DNA of 64,000 nucleotides from Candidatus Woesearchaeota archaeon (GCA_016188045.1 JACPIM010000002.1:17198-81197), one strand, 5' to 3'. Shown: positions 20,651 through 30,877, counted from the stretch's first letter. Numbers and translations: made by a program. The notes: generated by a model from the letters alone, not told the origin.

Positions 20651-21322
20651 ATGGATAAATGGACAGGATTAAGCAGAACAGCAGAAAGCATAAGAAATCC
20701 AAAAATAACTAGCAATATCTATCTTCATTTTTCTACTCTATCAGAAGATATTAAGAAGTATTCTCATCTGGCATCAGGAATTTTATTGGATATTGGCTCT
20801 GGTACCTCACCATATAAGCCTTTTTTTCACCATGTAAAAAAATATATCACTTTGGATTTTTTTTATAATAAGCAAAAACCAGATATAATCGCAGATGCTT
20901 TAAAATTGCCGATTAAAAGTGATTCAATAAGTACAGTTTTATGTACTCAAGTACTAGAACATATACCTTATCCGCAGATATTAGTTGATGAAATATATAG
21001 AATTCTAAAAAAAGACGGTATTTGTATATTAACAACACATATGGCAACTCCTTTGCACGGCCTGCCTCATGATTACTTCAGATTTACAAATATGGGCTTA
21101 AAAAATGTGATATTTAAAAATTTTAGAGAGGCATTTATTAAAGAAAACGGCGGTTCTTTGTTGGCAATATTTCAATATATAAACTGGTCCGTAAGTTCAA
21201 GATTACCAAGATTTTTATCTTTGCCATTAATAATTTTAATTAACTTAATGATAAAACCACTAGATAAATTATTCCACGATACCAATCTTACAATAAATTA
21301 TATAGTTGTAGCAAAAAAATAA
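20651..21322 (+). CDS. Class I SAM-dependent methyltransferase
   Basis: LDIGSG, QVLEH, PHDYFRFT. Confidence 0.9.
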   Translation: MDKWTGLSRTAESIRNPKITSNIYLHFSTLSEDIKKYSHLASGILLDIGSGTSPYKPFFHHVKKYITLDFFYNKQKPDIIADALKLPIKSDSISTVLCTQVLEHIPYPQILVDEIYRILKKDGICILTTHMATPLHGLPHDYFRFTNMGLKNVIFKNFREAFIKENGGSLLAIFQYINWSVSSRLPRFLSLPLIILINLMIKPLDKLFHDTNLTINYIVVAKK

Positions 21323-21388
21323 TATTATCTATTTTAAAGTAGTAACAAAATAGAAATATTTATAAATAAGCTAACTATACGAAAATTC

Positions 21389-22129
21389 ATGGAAACTCAG
21401 ACTAAAAAATATGAACCAAGAATCATTAGGGGAAGAATAGAATTATGGGTTCCCCATCAATATGGAGAAATAGCCTTTGCTCCATTAACAAATCTGGGTG
21501 ATTATCAACAGATCAGAACAGAAATTCTTGGTGATAGTGAAAGAGAAACTAACCAAAGGCTTCCAACAGGAGACGAAACTGCCTCTCAAATTCATGTTGC
21601 TTACTGTACTCCAAAGCCAGAAATTAAAAATGCGCAGGAATATAAAACAATTAGAGATATAATTAGAACAAATCGGATTCATGTTTTTAACAGAATTGGC
21701 TGGACTTTTGCAGGAAAGTATGTTCTACAAGATACAACAGCAAACGCCACAAGTGAACGATTAGATATAGATATGCTTAATGAAATGCTTAAAAACGGAA
21801 CAGAAATTAATGGTGTTAAATTCAGCACAGATGGAAGAGTTAGATTTGCTCCAAGAGAAACTTATAAATTAGGCAAACATACGCCAGAGTCATTATCATT
21901 AGACGGAGGTGTTATTGCTGAATATGGTATAGACGGTGCGAGAAAGCTTGCAGAAGTTTCTAAAAATTTTAGATATAATACAGTTACTTATGGAATTGAA
22001 GTTAAAAAAAGAAAGGATTTAGAGCAAAGAGTGTCCGCGTTTATTGGCGACGTCGGCAACTGGCTTTTTCTTAACGGCGGCTACCATGGTGACAGCGTGG
22101 GCGGTTGTGCTTCCGGGGTATGGAAGTAG
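21389..22129 (+). CDS. DGR target protein with C-terminal variable repeat
   Basis: 29 codons near the C-terminus align to a downstream non-coding repeat, with mismatches almost all at template adenines; no signal peptide. Confidence 0.9.
   Translation: METQTKKYEPRIIRGRIELWVPHQYGEIAFAPLTNLGDYQQIRTEILGDSERETNQRLPTGDETASQIHVAYCTPKPEIKNAQEYKTIRDIIRTNRIHVFNRIGWTFAGKYVLQDTTANATSERLDIDMLNEMLKNGTEINGVKFSTDGRVRFAPRETYKLGKHTPESLSLDGGVIAEYGIDGARKLAEVSKNFRYNTVTYGIEVKKRKDLEQRVSAFIGDVGNWLFLNGGYHGDSVGGCASGVWK
22033..22120 (+). repeat. DGR variable repeat (VR) with IMH-like CGGGGT
   Basis: 88-nt gap-free alignment to 22360-22447; 20 mismatches, 17 opposite TR adenines. Confidence 0.93.
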
Positions 22130-22141
22130 TGGCGAAGCCAC
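22129..22141 (+). other. DGR cis-acting hairpin downstream of VR
   Basis: GTGGC-GAA-GCCAC: 5-bp stem with GRA triloop at the target stop codon. Confidence 0.8.
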
Positions 22142-22359
22142 CGAAAATTTTTTAGTAAATTTTATTAACAAGTAGTCTTATTATTTTTTCTGTCTTAGTG
22201 AAGCATAAATCTTATAATTCCAATTTGGAAAGGTTTTTGTTTTACTAGGGCTGCATGTCAATTTACTAGTGCATGGACGATTGAGTCTAAATGCCATGAA
22301 ATTCAGAAATTCCTTACGAGGGATTTTGGTGATTAATCGGTAAATTGGCTACACAATTG

Positions 22360-22447
22360 GTCCGCGCTTAATGACGACAACGGCAACAGGCTTAACCTTA
22401 ACGGCAACTACCATGATAACAACAGGAACGGTTGTGCTTCCGGAATA
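22360..22447 (+). ncRNA. DGR template repeat (TR) with IMH*-like CGGAAT
   Basis: Intergenic copy with 8 AAC and 1 AAT codons in the VR frame; 25 adenines before IMH*. Confidence 0.92.
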
Positions 22448-22515
22448 GCTCTATTCACTAAGACATTATATTTAATATGGAAGCTAATAAATTTTATTCT
22501 TGTTGGTTTCTATTT

Positions 22516-23115
22516 TTATCTAATTTTTAATAAAGCAATATTCCAAACACCAGAAGGTTTAAATTTGATAATCTTTCCATATTTCACACATAAATCCATA
22601 AATTCTTTTTTTGTCCAGTTATTAACATGTCCTGGAGTATTTCCAAATTTTTTCAAGTATTTTAATCTTAAAACATTGGCTATTCTAAACCAGGGTTCAT
22701 TAGGTACAGATAATAACAAATATTTTTTACTTAACTTGCTCATAATCTCAATTGCTTTTTCATAATTCTCTAAATGTTCTAATACTTCTAGGCTCATCAC
22801 CAAATCAAAACTTTTATCTTTAAAATAATCTAATTTGAATATATCCCTAGTACCATACTCTATATTTTCCAGTTTATTATTAGAGATAGCATATTTAATT
22901 GCGTCCTTTTCTTTATCGATCCCAACTATTTTGGCCTTTATTTTTTTAGCTACTTCTATCGTAACAAATCCCTCACCGCACCCAATATCAAGTACGGATT
23001 TAGGATTAACAAGCGAAATACTTTCTATGATATCATTGTTAAACTTCTTAAGTATTAATTTCATTAAAGGATTCTTATTAATATGCTTTTTCTGCACTTG
23101 CCAGGTTTGTTCCAT
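22516..23115 (-). CDS. Class I SAM-dependent methyltransferase
   Basis: LDIGCGEG, LEVLEH, SVPNEP, PGHVNNW. Confidence 0.9.
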   Translation of the reverse strand: MEQTWQVQKKHINKNPLMKLILKKFNNDIIESISLVNPKSVLDIGCGEGFVTIEVAKKIKAKIVGIDKEKDAIKYAISNNKLENIEYGTRDIFKLDYFKDKSFDLVMSLEVLEHLENYEKAIEIMSKLSKKYLLLSVPNEPWFRIANVLRLKYLKKFGNTPGHVNNWTKKEFMDLCVKYGKIIKFKPSGVWNIALLKIR

Positions 23116-23170
23116 TCAAAATAGCCCAGGTAGAAAAGATTTAAAAGATTAACTGTTATTCTAAGCAAAA

Positions 23171-24118
23171 ATGAAGCTTTCCTTTTTAATACCAGCCCAC
23201 AATGAAGAAAAAATAATAGCCAAGACCCTGTCTAGTCTGATAAACTTGCCTTATGATAATTATGAAGTATTGATTGGGTTGGATGGTTGTACTGATAACA
23301 CCTTAAATATCGTGAAAGAATTTCAAAAAAAATCAAAAAAAATCAAATATTTTGAATTAAAATCTAGAAACGGCAAACCAGAAGTAATAGATACAATTGT
23401 TAAAAAAGCCACGGGAGATATACTAATCATAAACGATGCAGATTGGAAATTTAAAGTTAACAAAAGTGAAGATCTGAAAAAAATGATTTTATTGTTTAAT
23501 GATCCAAAACTGGGCGGCATTTCTGAGTCTTTTCCTATAGAATTTGATCAAGAGTTATTATCATCAAGCAACTCACTTGCTTTTAAAAGTGCAGCCTTTG
23601 CCAATTCATTTTGGTTTGATTACCAGAGGGAAAAATTCACAAAAGAAAAAAATAATTTGCTTTATATTGATAAAGAAAAAATGATGTTTCCTTTTTTGAT
23701 TAATATATTCAGAAAAGAATTATATAAAAAAAATATCACGCTAGGAGATGATTTCGAAAGAACATTAGACATTTTAAATAATGATTATGAGATTATGGTT
23801 CCTAAAGATATTAATATGCCAAGAATGGTTGCTTTATTTGATAAAACCACCTTTAAGGATATTTATAAACAAAAAGTTAGAACTTCTTTAGCCAGAGAGC
23901 AATTACACTCTAAATACAAGCTAAAAGCAAACTTATTCAACTTCTATTTACCTCTGCTGTTTTATACAATTAGAAGTATAAAAAAAACAAAGAGCCTAAA
24001 AATTACTTTTGGTGTTTTTATATGGCTTTTTATCGTTTTTTTATCATCTATTCATAATAAGTTTTTTAAAAGAAAGAAAGATACAAAATCTGGTTGGCTA
24101 ATGAGGGCAAATAGATAA
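23171..24118 (+). CDS. GT2 glycosyltransferase
   Basis: PAHNEE, DGCTD, NDAD. Confidence 0.9.
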   Translation: MKLSFLIPAHNEEKIIAKTLSSLINLPYDNYEVLIGLDGCTDNTLNIVKEFQKKSKKIKYFELKSRNGKPEVIDTIVKKATGDILIINDADWKFKVNKSEDLKKMILLFNDPKLGGISESFPIEFDQELLSSSNSLAFKSAAFANSFWFDYQREKFTKEKNNLLYIDKEKMMFPFLINIFRKELYKKNITLGDDFERTLDILNNDYEIMVPKDINMPRMVALFDKTTFKDIYKQKVRTSLAREQLHSKYKLKANLFNFYLPLLFYTIRSIKKTKSLKITFGVFIWLFIVFLSSIHNKFFKRKKDTKSGWLMRANR

Positions 24119-24121
24119 GGG

Positions 24122-24373
24122 TCATTTATCAATTTCTCTCAAAAAAGCAAGTAAGCATTTTTCAGAACAAAAAGCCCTGTTGATCTTGTCAGTATAATAT
24201 GTAATCTTGTTTTTCCTTTTTATTTTATTACCACAAATATAGCAAAAATCTAATAAATCTCTAGTCAAACATTCATTATTGCAATATGATCTAGTCTCCC
24301 TAAGCCTCCAAATTTTAATCCTATTTTTAGGATATTTTCCGCATACCTTGCAAAATTCTTGTTTTGGAATCAT
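24122..24373 (-). CDS. Small protein with two TRASH/MYM-like zinc fingers
   Basis: CKVCG..YCNNEC and CYICG..FCSEKC. Confidence 0.7.
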   Translation of the reverse strand: MIPKQEFCKVCGKYPKNRIKIWRLRETRSYCNNECLTRDLLDFCYICGNKIKRKNKITYYTDKINRAFCSEKCLLAFLREIDK

Positions 24374-25407
24374 TGTAATAACCCCCGTATCTTTTCATAA
24401 ACCTTTTCAGGATTTATATGCCTTGGTATATAAAGTTTATAGGTTTCGGCTTCTGAAAAGCAGTCTAGCATAATTTTACCATCTTTTTCCACTCTCTTTT
24501 CTATTTTATCAACTATACCGTTATCATAAGCATATTCAAAATAATTTCTGTAAAAATGATTTGCTTCATTTAACCAAATGTATTTCATTTTGGTTACAAT
24601 TTCACTAGCCTTTATCTTTTCTAAGAATATTTCACCATTTTTATTATTATTTTCTAATAAAAAAACCCGATTTATCTTGCTTATTTTTCCTAATCTTCCA
24701 GGAAACATATCCTCAACGTCAACAGAAAAAACAGGCTTAAATCTCTCAACAGCAATTTTAACAAATCTGTGTCTTAGAATAAAAGCCAAAATATCCATAA
24801 GTCTTATTAAGTTTCTGTAATAAAACCTTTTAAAACCTAGGGCCTTTTTTGCAAGCTTCTTATCTTTTAGATTATAGTCATAAATATGAAAAGTCTTAAA
24901 AAAAGGATAAGCTTTTTTATTGCCTACGATCAACCAGTCATCTGCTAGGTAGTTATAACCTCTGCTTATTAAATGCGTGGCTAAAGAAGTTTTTCCAACT
25001 CCTGATTTGGCAGGAAATAAATAGGCATTTCCATCTTTTTCTACAGCACCACAATGCAAAAAACATTTATCCTCCCATTCTATCAATGGTTCTATAGTAT
25101 ACAACAACCAGTCACCCCAAACACCATTTTCAAAATAAACAGTATTGCCATTAAAAGGAATTGATATGCCCTTATTATCCTTTGGCAGAGTAATCGGCAA
25201 TTTTTTATTTGATTTTTTTATATAAAGATCAATTTTGCCAGGTTTCTCTTTTTTTAAAAACCGGTTATATTCCCTAAAAAAAGCACTATTAACTTCATTA
25301 TCTACGGCAATCACAAAACCATGTATATCATAATACGAATATGCTCTATTTCTATCTATGTCGCTAGAAATTTCATCCAAATTATCATAATATTTCATAT
25401 TAATCAC
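24370..25407 (-). CDS. HPr-kinase-like P-loop protein
   Basis: FLHCGAV, AKSGVGKTS (Walker A), YLADD. Confidence 0.8.
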   Translation of the reverse strand: MINMKYYDNLDEISSDIDRNRAYSYYDIHGFVIAVDNEVNSAFFREYNRFLKKEKPGKIDLYIKKSNKKLPITLPKDNKGISIPFNGNTVYFENGVWGDWLLYTIEPLIEWEDKCFLHCGAVEKDGNAYLFPAKSGVGKTSLATHLISRGYNYLADDWLIVGNKKAYPFFKTFHIYDYNLKDKKLAKKALGFKRFYYRNLIRLMDILAFILRHRFVKIAVERFKPVFSVDVEDMFPGRLGKISKINRVFLLENNNKNGEIFLEKIKASEIVTKMKYIWLNEANHFYRNYFEYAYDNGIVDKIEKRVEKDGKIMLDCFSEAETYKLYIPRHINPEKVYEKIRGLLQ

Positions 25408-26519
25408 TTTTTAAAATTATCATAAATCTCAATAAATTTTTCAGTCAAATTCTCCCAATCATAATTTTCCTTTATAGTTTTAATACAATTATTTGAAATT
25501 AGATCTAAATCCTCTTTTTCAGCTATTCTTAACGTATTTATAATATCTTCTGGCTTGTTATTTTCCATCAAAAAACCAGTTACTCCCTGTTTTATAACAC
25601 TGCCTGACTCTCCAACATCGGTTGTTATAGGTATGCACCCGCAAGCCATAGATTCCAGTAATGATATTGGTAACCCTTCAAATTCTGAAGGCATAACATG
25701 AAATCTCACTTTGTTAAACAAGACCGCTATCTCTTCTTGATTTTTAATCCCCAGATATTCTATATTTTTTTTATTCTTTATTATTTCTAATATCTTTTCT
25801 TTTAAATCGCCATCACCAACTAATATTAATTTTTTATCTCCTAAATGCTCCATTGCATTAACTAAATTTAGAATTCCTTTCTGCTCTGTAAATCTTCCAA
25901 CAAAAATTAAATCTTCAGATCTTTTTAGTTTTTTATCATGAAACATATTAGTATTTATCCCATTTGGAATAATAAAGCAGTTTTTATTATAATTTTTATA
26001 ATAATCAAAAGCATTTTTACCTAAACATATTACCGCTCTGCACTTTTTTACATTATATTTTTCTATAAATTCATATAAGAATGAAAATCTGCTTATAGTT
26101 TTTTTATTTTTTAATTCCCATATTTTTCTAAAACCTTGTTTAAAGATACCATGAACTGTTGCAACAAAAGGAATATTAAATAAAGAACATGGTAGTGATG
26201 TGGTAATCAAGCTTTGTGTATTCACTATATCCGGTTTTATTTTTTTTAACTTTATTCCAGCACCAGTAACAAAAAATATTTCAAAAATTATTCTGTATAA
26301 ATAAGATAATAAACTTCCTTTAAATTTTCTATGGCTTAATCCAACATTTACCACATCAATACCACCAGGATAATCTAACATCTTTTCTTTGCTTTTAGAG
26401 GATATAACATATACTTGATATCCTTTTTTAATCAAGTGACTAGCTAAATTGTCAATATGTGTTTTTCCGCCACCTATAAAATAAGGATACGGCATTATTT
26501 CCAAAAAAACGATTTTCAT
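25404..26519 (-). CDS. GT4 glycosyltransferase
   Basis: IPNGI, FVGRF..QKG, EGLPISLLESMACG. Confidence 0.93.
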   Translation of the reverse strand: MKIVFLEIMPYPYFIGGGKTHIDNLASHLIKKGYQVYVISSKSKEKMLDYPGGIDVVNVGLSHRKFKGSLLSYLYRIIFEIFFVTGAGIKLKKIKPDIVNTQSLITTSLPCSLFNIPFVATVHGIFKQGFRKIWELKNKKTISRFSFLYEFIEKYNVKKCRAVICLGKNAFDYYKNYNKNCFIIPNGINTNMFHDKKLKRSEDLIFVGRFTEQKGILNLVNAMEHLGDKKLILVGDGDLKEKILEIIKNKKNIEYLGIKNQEEIAVLFNKVRFHVMPSEFEGLPISLLESMACGCIPITTDVGESGSVIKQGVTGFLMENNKPEDIINTLRIAEKEDLDLISNNCIKTIKENYDWENLTEKFIEIYDNFKK

Positions 26520-26575
26520 ACCTAAAAAGCACTAGAAAAAGCCTTTTAAACCTTTTCTCATAGCATTTTCTTTTG

Positions 26576-28099
26576 CTAAGGTTTCTTTTCTAAAGAAAAG
26601 TTATTATAATTAACTTCATAAATTATCAATAATGGTTTGTTATCTTGTGTAAAATAACCTTGTACTGGCTTAAACATATTTTTATGCTCATCTATGTAAG
26701 GCACAATCCATGGCGGTAAATACTCAAAAATAGATACGGTCAAATATCTTGGTTTTTCTTCAAATAAAAATTCTTCAAAATGACTAATATTACTGATAAA
26801 ATCGTGTTCTTTATCTTCTGTATAAGACCAAGTTTCTCTTTGAGAATAATAAAAAGTCTGCGGTAATGAAACTGAAAATATCTTATCACCAGGATTAGAA
26901 TTCTCTTTCATCCATAAAGCAGCATCTTTTACTTGTAGATAAGTATCTTTTTTATTCTTAATTATAGAATCAGCTTGTTTTATTTGTTCATAACTTCCAA
27001 TTACTATTAAGATAATAATTATTCCTAGGGCGATGTATTTATTATGTTTTTTTATAAAATCATATATGATAGAAAATCCATTTCCAACAATTAAAAATAA
27101 AGATAAGGCTATTGGTAAAACCCATCTATCTTCTCCTCCTCTCATTATAAATGCAAAATAAAAAGTAAACATAATGATGAATAATAGATTAAAGGAGTCG
27201 CTTTCTAATGTTTTATTTTCTTTTTTAAATAAAAGATCAAAACCTAAAAAAAGTTTTGTCAATAATACAATCAACCCGATTAAAAAAACAATTAAAAAAA
27301 CAAACCCCAAAAAGAAAGGTACATATCCAAAGATTTCTTTAGAAGATTCAACTAGTGATCTACCAACATCACCCCTGCCGCCAGCCTTTAAAAAAGGAAA
27401 AGTAGTATTAAAAGAAAAATAAGCCCACGTAAAATAGGGAATTAAAATAATTAAGAACAGTAAAACAGAAATCCACAAATCTTTATTTTTTAGAAACTTA
27501 AATCTTTCAGTTATCAATAAAAATAAAAATAATACTAATCCAAAAAGGAAAATAGTATATTTAGTTAAAAAAGCAAAAGCTAAAAACACGCCAAATAACC
27601 AAGTGTAACTTCTTTTCTCTTTTTTTATATATCCTTTCCAGAAAAAGAGAAGACTAAGGTACGTAAAGAATAATAAAGGAACCTCAACATGCAATCTTGT
27701 TGTGTTGAATAAGGCTTCCCAAAAAACCGCCATAATAACACTAGCGATTAAACCTATTTTTTTATTATACATCTCTTTTCCGATTAAATAAGTTAATATT
27801 ACAACACCAATGGAAAATAATATCAAAATAAGTTTAATGGTAATTTCACCTAAACCAAATTTAAAAACTAAAAATTCTAAAAAAGGTAATAATGGTGGTC
27901 TTTGTGGGTTTATATAATAGGGGATATTAGAGGCCCAGTGTAAAGCCATACTAATATAGTCACTCTCGTCATACCACAATGGTTGTGTTTTCGTGAGGAA
28001 AAAATAATAAACCCTGATAATAATTGAACCAAGTAAAACTAACAAGAAACTTAGATTATATTTATCTTTTAGCCATTCTCTTGTTTTTTCTTCATTCAT
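26576..28099 (-). CDS. GT-C (ArnT/PMT-like) glycosyltransferase
   Basis: WYDE, RPPL, multi-TM, EDRW. Confidence 0.87.
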   Translation of the reverse strand: MNEEKTREWLKDKYNLSFLLVLLGSIIIRVYYFFLTKTQPLWYDESDYISMALHWASNIPYYINPQRPPLLPFLEFLVFKFGLGEITIKLILILFSIGVVILTYLIGKEMYNKKIGLIASVIMAVFWEALFNTTRLHVEVPLLFFTYLSLLFFWKGYIKKEKRSYTWLFGVFLAFAFLTKYTIFLFGLVLFLFLLITERFKFLKNKDLWISVLLFLIILIPYFTWAYFSFNTTFPFLKAGGRGDVGRSLVESSKEIFGYVPFFLGFVFLIVFLIGLIVLLTKLFLGFDLLFKKENKTLESDSFNLLFIIMFTFYFAFIMRGGEDRWVLPIALSLFLIVGNGFSIIYDFIKKHNKYIALGIIIILIVIGSYEQIKQADSIIKNKKDTYLQVKDAALWMKENSNPGDKIFSVSLPQTFYYSQRETWSYTEDKEHDFISNISHFEEFLFEEKPRYLTVSIFEYLPPWIVPYIDEHKNMFKPVQGYFTQDNKPLLIIYEVNYNNFSLEKKP

Positions 28100-29007
28100 T
28101 TCGTGCTCTCCACCCTAACCCATATCTCTTTCAAATTCTTTCTCTTTAAATTAATATCTCTAAAAATTAAAAACCACAAATACAATCTATAAAAGATTAA
28201 TTCAACTGTCCATATAAACTCTTTTATATTTCTAGGATATCTAAAAATTCTAAACAACCCCTTTGTTTCTTTACCAAAAGACCTCATTCTTTCTTTTTCT
28301 TTTACAAAATATTTCAACTGGTTATACCCGCCAGCGCTTCTTCTTTTCTGTTTTATCCAATCTTTAAAATTATCAGGATACTTTACATAAACCAAAGCAT
28401 TTTCAGCGTAATCTGTTTTATATCCTTTTTCATATATTAAATGCGAAATCAAGGCATCTTCTGACAAAGCATTTTCAGCAATTTTATTAATCAACCCAAT
28501 TCTAAAAGCATACAAATATCCAGAACAAACAATCATTTTTCCTTCTTTTATTCTTTTTAACCTAGTTTCATGAGCTCCAACATCAGTTAATAAATGGCTA
28601 TAATATCCCCATTTATCCTCTCTTAAATTTAAAGAAATCGGTCTTCCGCTTACAACACCAATTTCAGGATCATTAAACTTCTCTAATATGCAGCCTATAG
28701 CATTCTCACCAATATGAACATCACCATCAGTTAAAACAAAAATGTCTCTTTCTTTATTTGATGGGAAATTATTTTTAATCCAATTAAAGACCTTATTCAA
28801 GGCAGCAGGCTTTCCCTTACCTTCATCTTTAACATATCTTACTCTATTATTTTCTTTTTCATAAATTTTAGCAATTTTCCCTGTTTCTTCATCAGGGGCA
28901 GTTATAATTATCCTAAAATCTTTATTATTTGTTTGTTTTAATATAGCTTCAATAGCTTTTCCAATAGTTCTTTCTTCTCTATAAGCCGTTATTATAATGA
29001 AAATCAT
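28096..29007 (-). CDS. GT2 glycosyltransferase
   Basis: GKPAALN, TDGD, SED, QKRR. Confidence 0.9.
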   Translation of the reverse strand: MIFIIITAYREERTIGKAIEAILKQTNNKDFRIIITAPDEETGKIAKIYEKENNRVRYVKDEGKGKPAALNKVFNWIKNNFPSNKERDIFVLTDGDVHIGENAIGCILEKFNDPEIGVVSGRPISLNLREDKWGYYSHLLTDVGAHETRLKRIKEGKMIVCSGYLYAFRIGLINKIAENALSEDALISHLIYEKGYKTDYAENALVYVKYPDNFKDWIKQKRRSAGGYNQLKYFVKEKERMRSFGKETKGLFRIFRYPRNIKEFIWTVELIFYRLYLWFLIFRDINLKRKNLKEIWVRVESTK

Positions 29008-29129
29008 AATTAGAAGTATAAGGTAAAATTTAATAAGCTTTTCAAATTTGATAGCTCGATTAGCTCTGCCGAACTTACATTTTTCAGTAAATATAAGCTT
29101 AAAAACGGCAAATTTTCATTATCGTATAA

Positions 29130-29861
29130 ATGAAAGGAGTTATTTTGGCCGGAGGGACAGGGGCAAGATTATCGCCCTTGACTAATGTAACAAACAAACA
29201 CCTATTGCCCATTTACAACAAACCCATGATTTATTATCCAATAGAAACACTACAATCAATGGGACTAACAGAGGTCATTATTATTTCAGGTAGAGAACAT
29301 TGTGGACATATATTAAGTTTACTTGGTAGTGGAAAGGGGTTTGGTATGAAGTTTGCTTACGAAATACAAGAAGAAGCAGGCGGTATTGCTCAGGCTCTTG
29401 GTTTATCTGAAGATTTTACAGATAAAGATAATATTGCTGTAATACTCGGAGACAACATTTTTGAGAGGCCATTTGATGTTTCTAGCTTCAATCATGGTGC
29501 TAAAATATTCCTCAAAAGGGTTACAGACCCACAAAGATTTGGTGTAGCAGAAATTAAAGGCGATACAGTAATTGGAATAGAGGAAAAACCAGTCGCACCA
29601 AAGACAGATTATGCAGTTACAGGACTATATTTATATGACCAAACGGTTTTTAGTATTATAAAATCACTCAAACCATCTAAAAGAAAGGAACTAGAAATAA
29701 CAGACGTAAACAACGCATATGTTACTAGAGGAGAAATGCAGTTTGATTTCGTAGACGGATACTGGACAGATGCAGGAACATTTGAAAGTTTATTAAGAGC
29801 AAATATGCTGGCGGCAGGACAAACCTTAGAGAAAATCTTAAGGGATTTACAAAGACCCTAA
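29130..29861 (+). CDS. rfbA: Glucose-1-phosphate thymidylyltransferase
   Basis: LAGGTGARLSPLT, KHLLP, LGDN, EEKP, ELEITD, WTDAGT. Confidence 0.9.
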   Translation: MKGVILAGGTGARLSPLTNVTNKHLLPIYNKPMIYYPIETLQSMGLTEVIIISGREHCGHILSLLGSGKGFGMKFAYEIQEEAGGIAQALGLSEDFTDKDNIAVILGDNIFERPFDVSSFNHGAKIFLKRVTDPQRFGVAEIKGDTVIGIEEKPVAPKTDYAVTGLYLYDQTVFSIIKSLKPSKRKELEITDVNNAYVTRGEMQFDFVDGYWTDAGTFESLLRANMLAAGQTLEKILRDLQRP

Positions 29862-30874
29862 TTTAAAACCCTAACAATTTCTTTCCTGGCAGTAAATAAC
29901 TTTGCAGAGCCAAAATAAAGTTTTCTATATAGCTCAAAATCAGAAACTTTTCTTATTTTTCTAATCTGCGCTCTTTTTTTTAGGATTTTATCTAAATTCT
30001 TAATATTCCATAACCAAGCTTTAATATATGCTAATGAAACCAAAGGTTTTCCTTGTGCTAAAAAGAAAATCATTTCAGCTAAACTAGAACAGAAATAAAA
30101 AGGCAAATTTAACATCAAAGTATAAACTTGAAAATTCTTTAACATGTTATGAAATAAATTTTTTTCCGTCCAGTATCTCTTTCTTATAACATTATAAGTT
30201 AGTTTTTCTTTTTCATTCCCAACTTTAGCTCCGCCTTTATGATAAAAATCCGCATCTTTTACAAGTTTAAATTTATAGCCTGCTATTTGTGCTCTCCAGC
30301 AAAAATCTAAATCTTCAGCGAACATAAAAATATCCCTATCAAATAAACCAATTTCTTCAATTACTTTTCTTCTGATAAATAAAGAAGAGCCAGAAAAATA
30401 AAATATTTTTTCATCTTTTATGTTTTCTGAGTCAATCTTATGGTGCATAGGATAAGGATAGCCTAAAAAATCTATAGACATACCTAAAAGCTGTATTGTT
30501 TTCCTGTCTTCTTTATTATATTCTACAGGGGCAAATATGCTGATTTCTTTATTTTTTTCAGCAGCTTCAACTAATTTTTTAAAACAATCTTTTCCAACTT
30601 CAACATCACTATCGCAGGTAAAAATAAAATCACCTTTACTGTGTTTATAACCAAGATTTATTCCATTACCCCAACCAAGATTAGCACCTGCCTGTACAGT
30701 CTTAACATTTTTAATTTTAGAAATTTCCTCAAAGCTTCCATCTTCAGAATTCATGTCAACAAAAATTACTTCAATATTTTTATAAGAACTATTCAAAAAA
30801 GAAGTTATAGCTCTGATAGTATCTTCTTTTCCATTCCAGTTGTTTATTATTACAGATATTAAAGGATTATTCAT
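29858..30874 (-). CDS. GT2 glycosyltransferase (rhamnosyltransferase-like)
   Basis: NWNG, NLGWG, EDLDFCWR. Confidence 0.9.
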   Translation of the reverse strand: MNNPLISVIINNWNGKEDTIRAITSFLNSSYKNIEVIFVDMNSEDGSFEEISKIKNVKTVQAGANLGWGNGINLGYKHSKGDFIFTCDSDVEVGKDCFKKLVEAAEKNKEISIFAPVEYNKEDRKTIQLLGMSIDFLGYPYPMHHKIDSENIKDEKIFYFSGSSLFIRRKVIEEIGLFDRDIFMFAEDLDFCWRAQIAGYKFKLVKDADFYHKGGAKVGNEKEKLTYNVIRKRYWTEKNLFHNMLKNFQVYTLMLNLPFYFCSSLAEMIFFLAQGKPLVSLAYIKAWLWNIKNLDKILKKRAQIRKIRKVSDFELYRKLYFGSAKLFTARKEIVRVLN

Positions 30875-30877
30875 TTA

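Noticed and set aside
21389-23200. DGR reverse transcriptase or Avd gene
   Set aside because: No ORF with a Y/FxDD RT core and no Avd-sized ORF near TR or elsewhere in the ORF track
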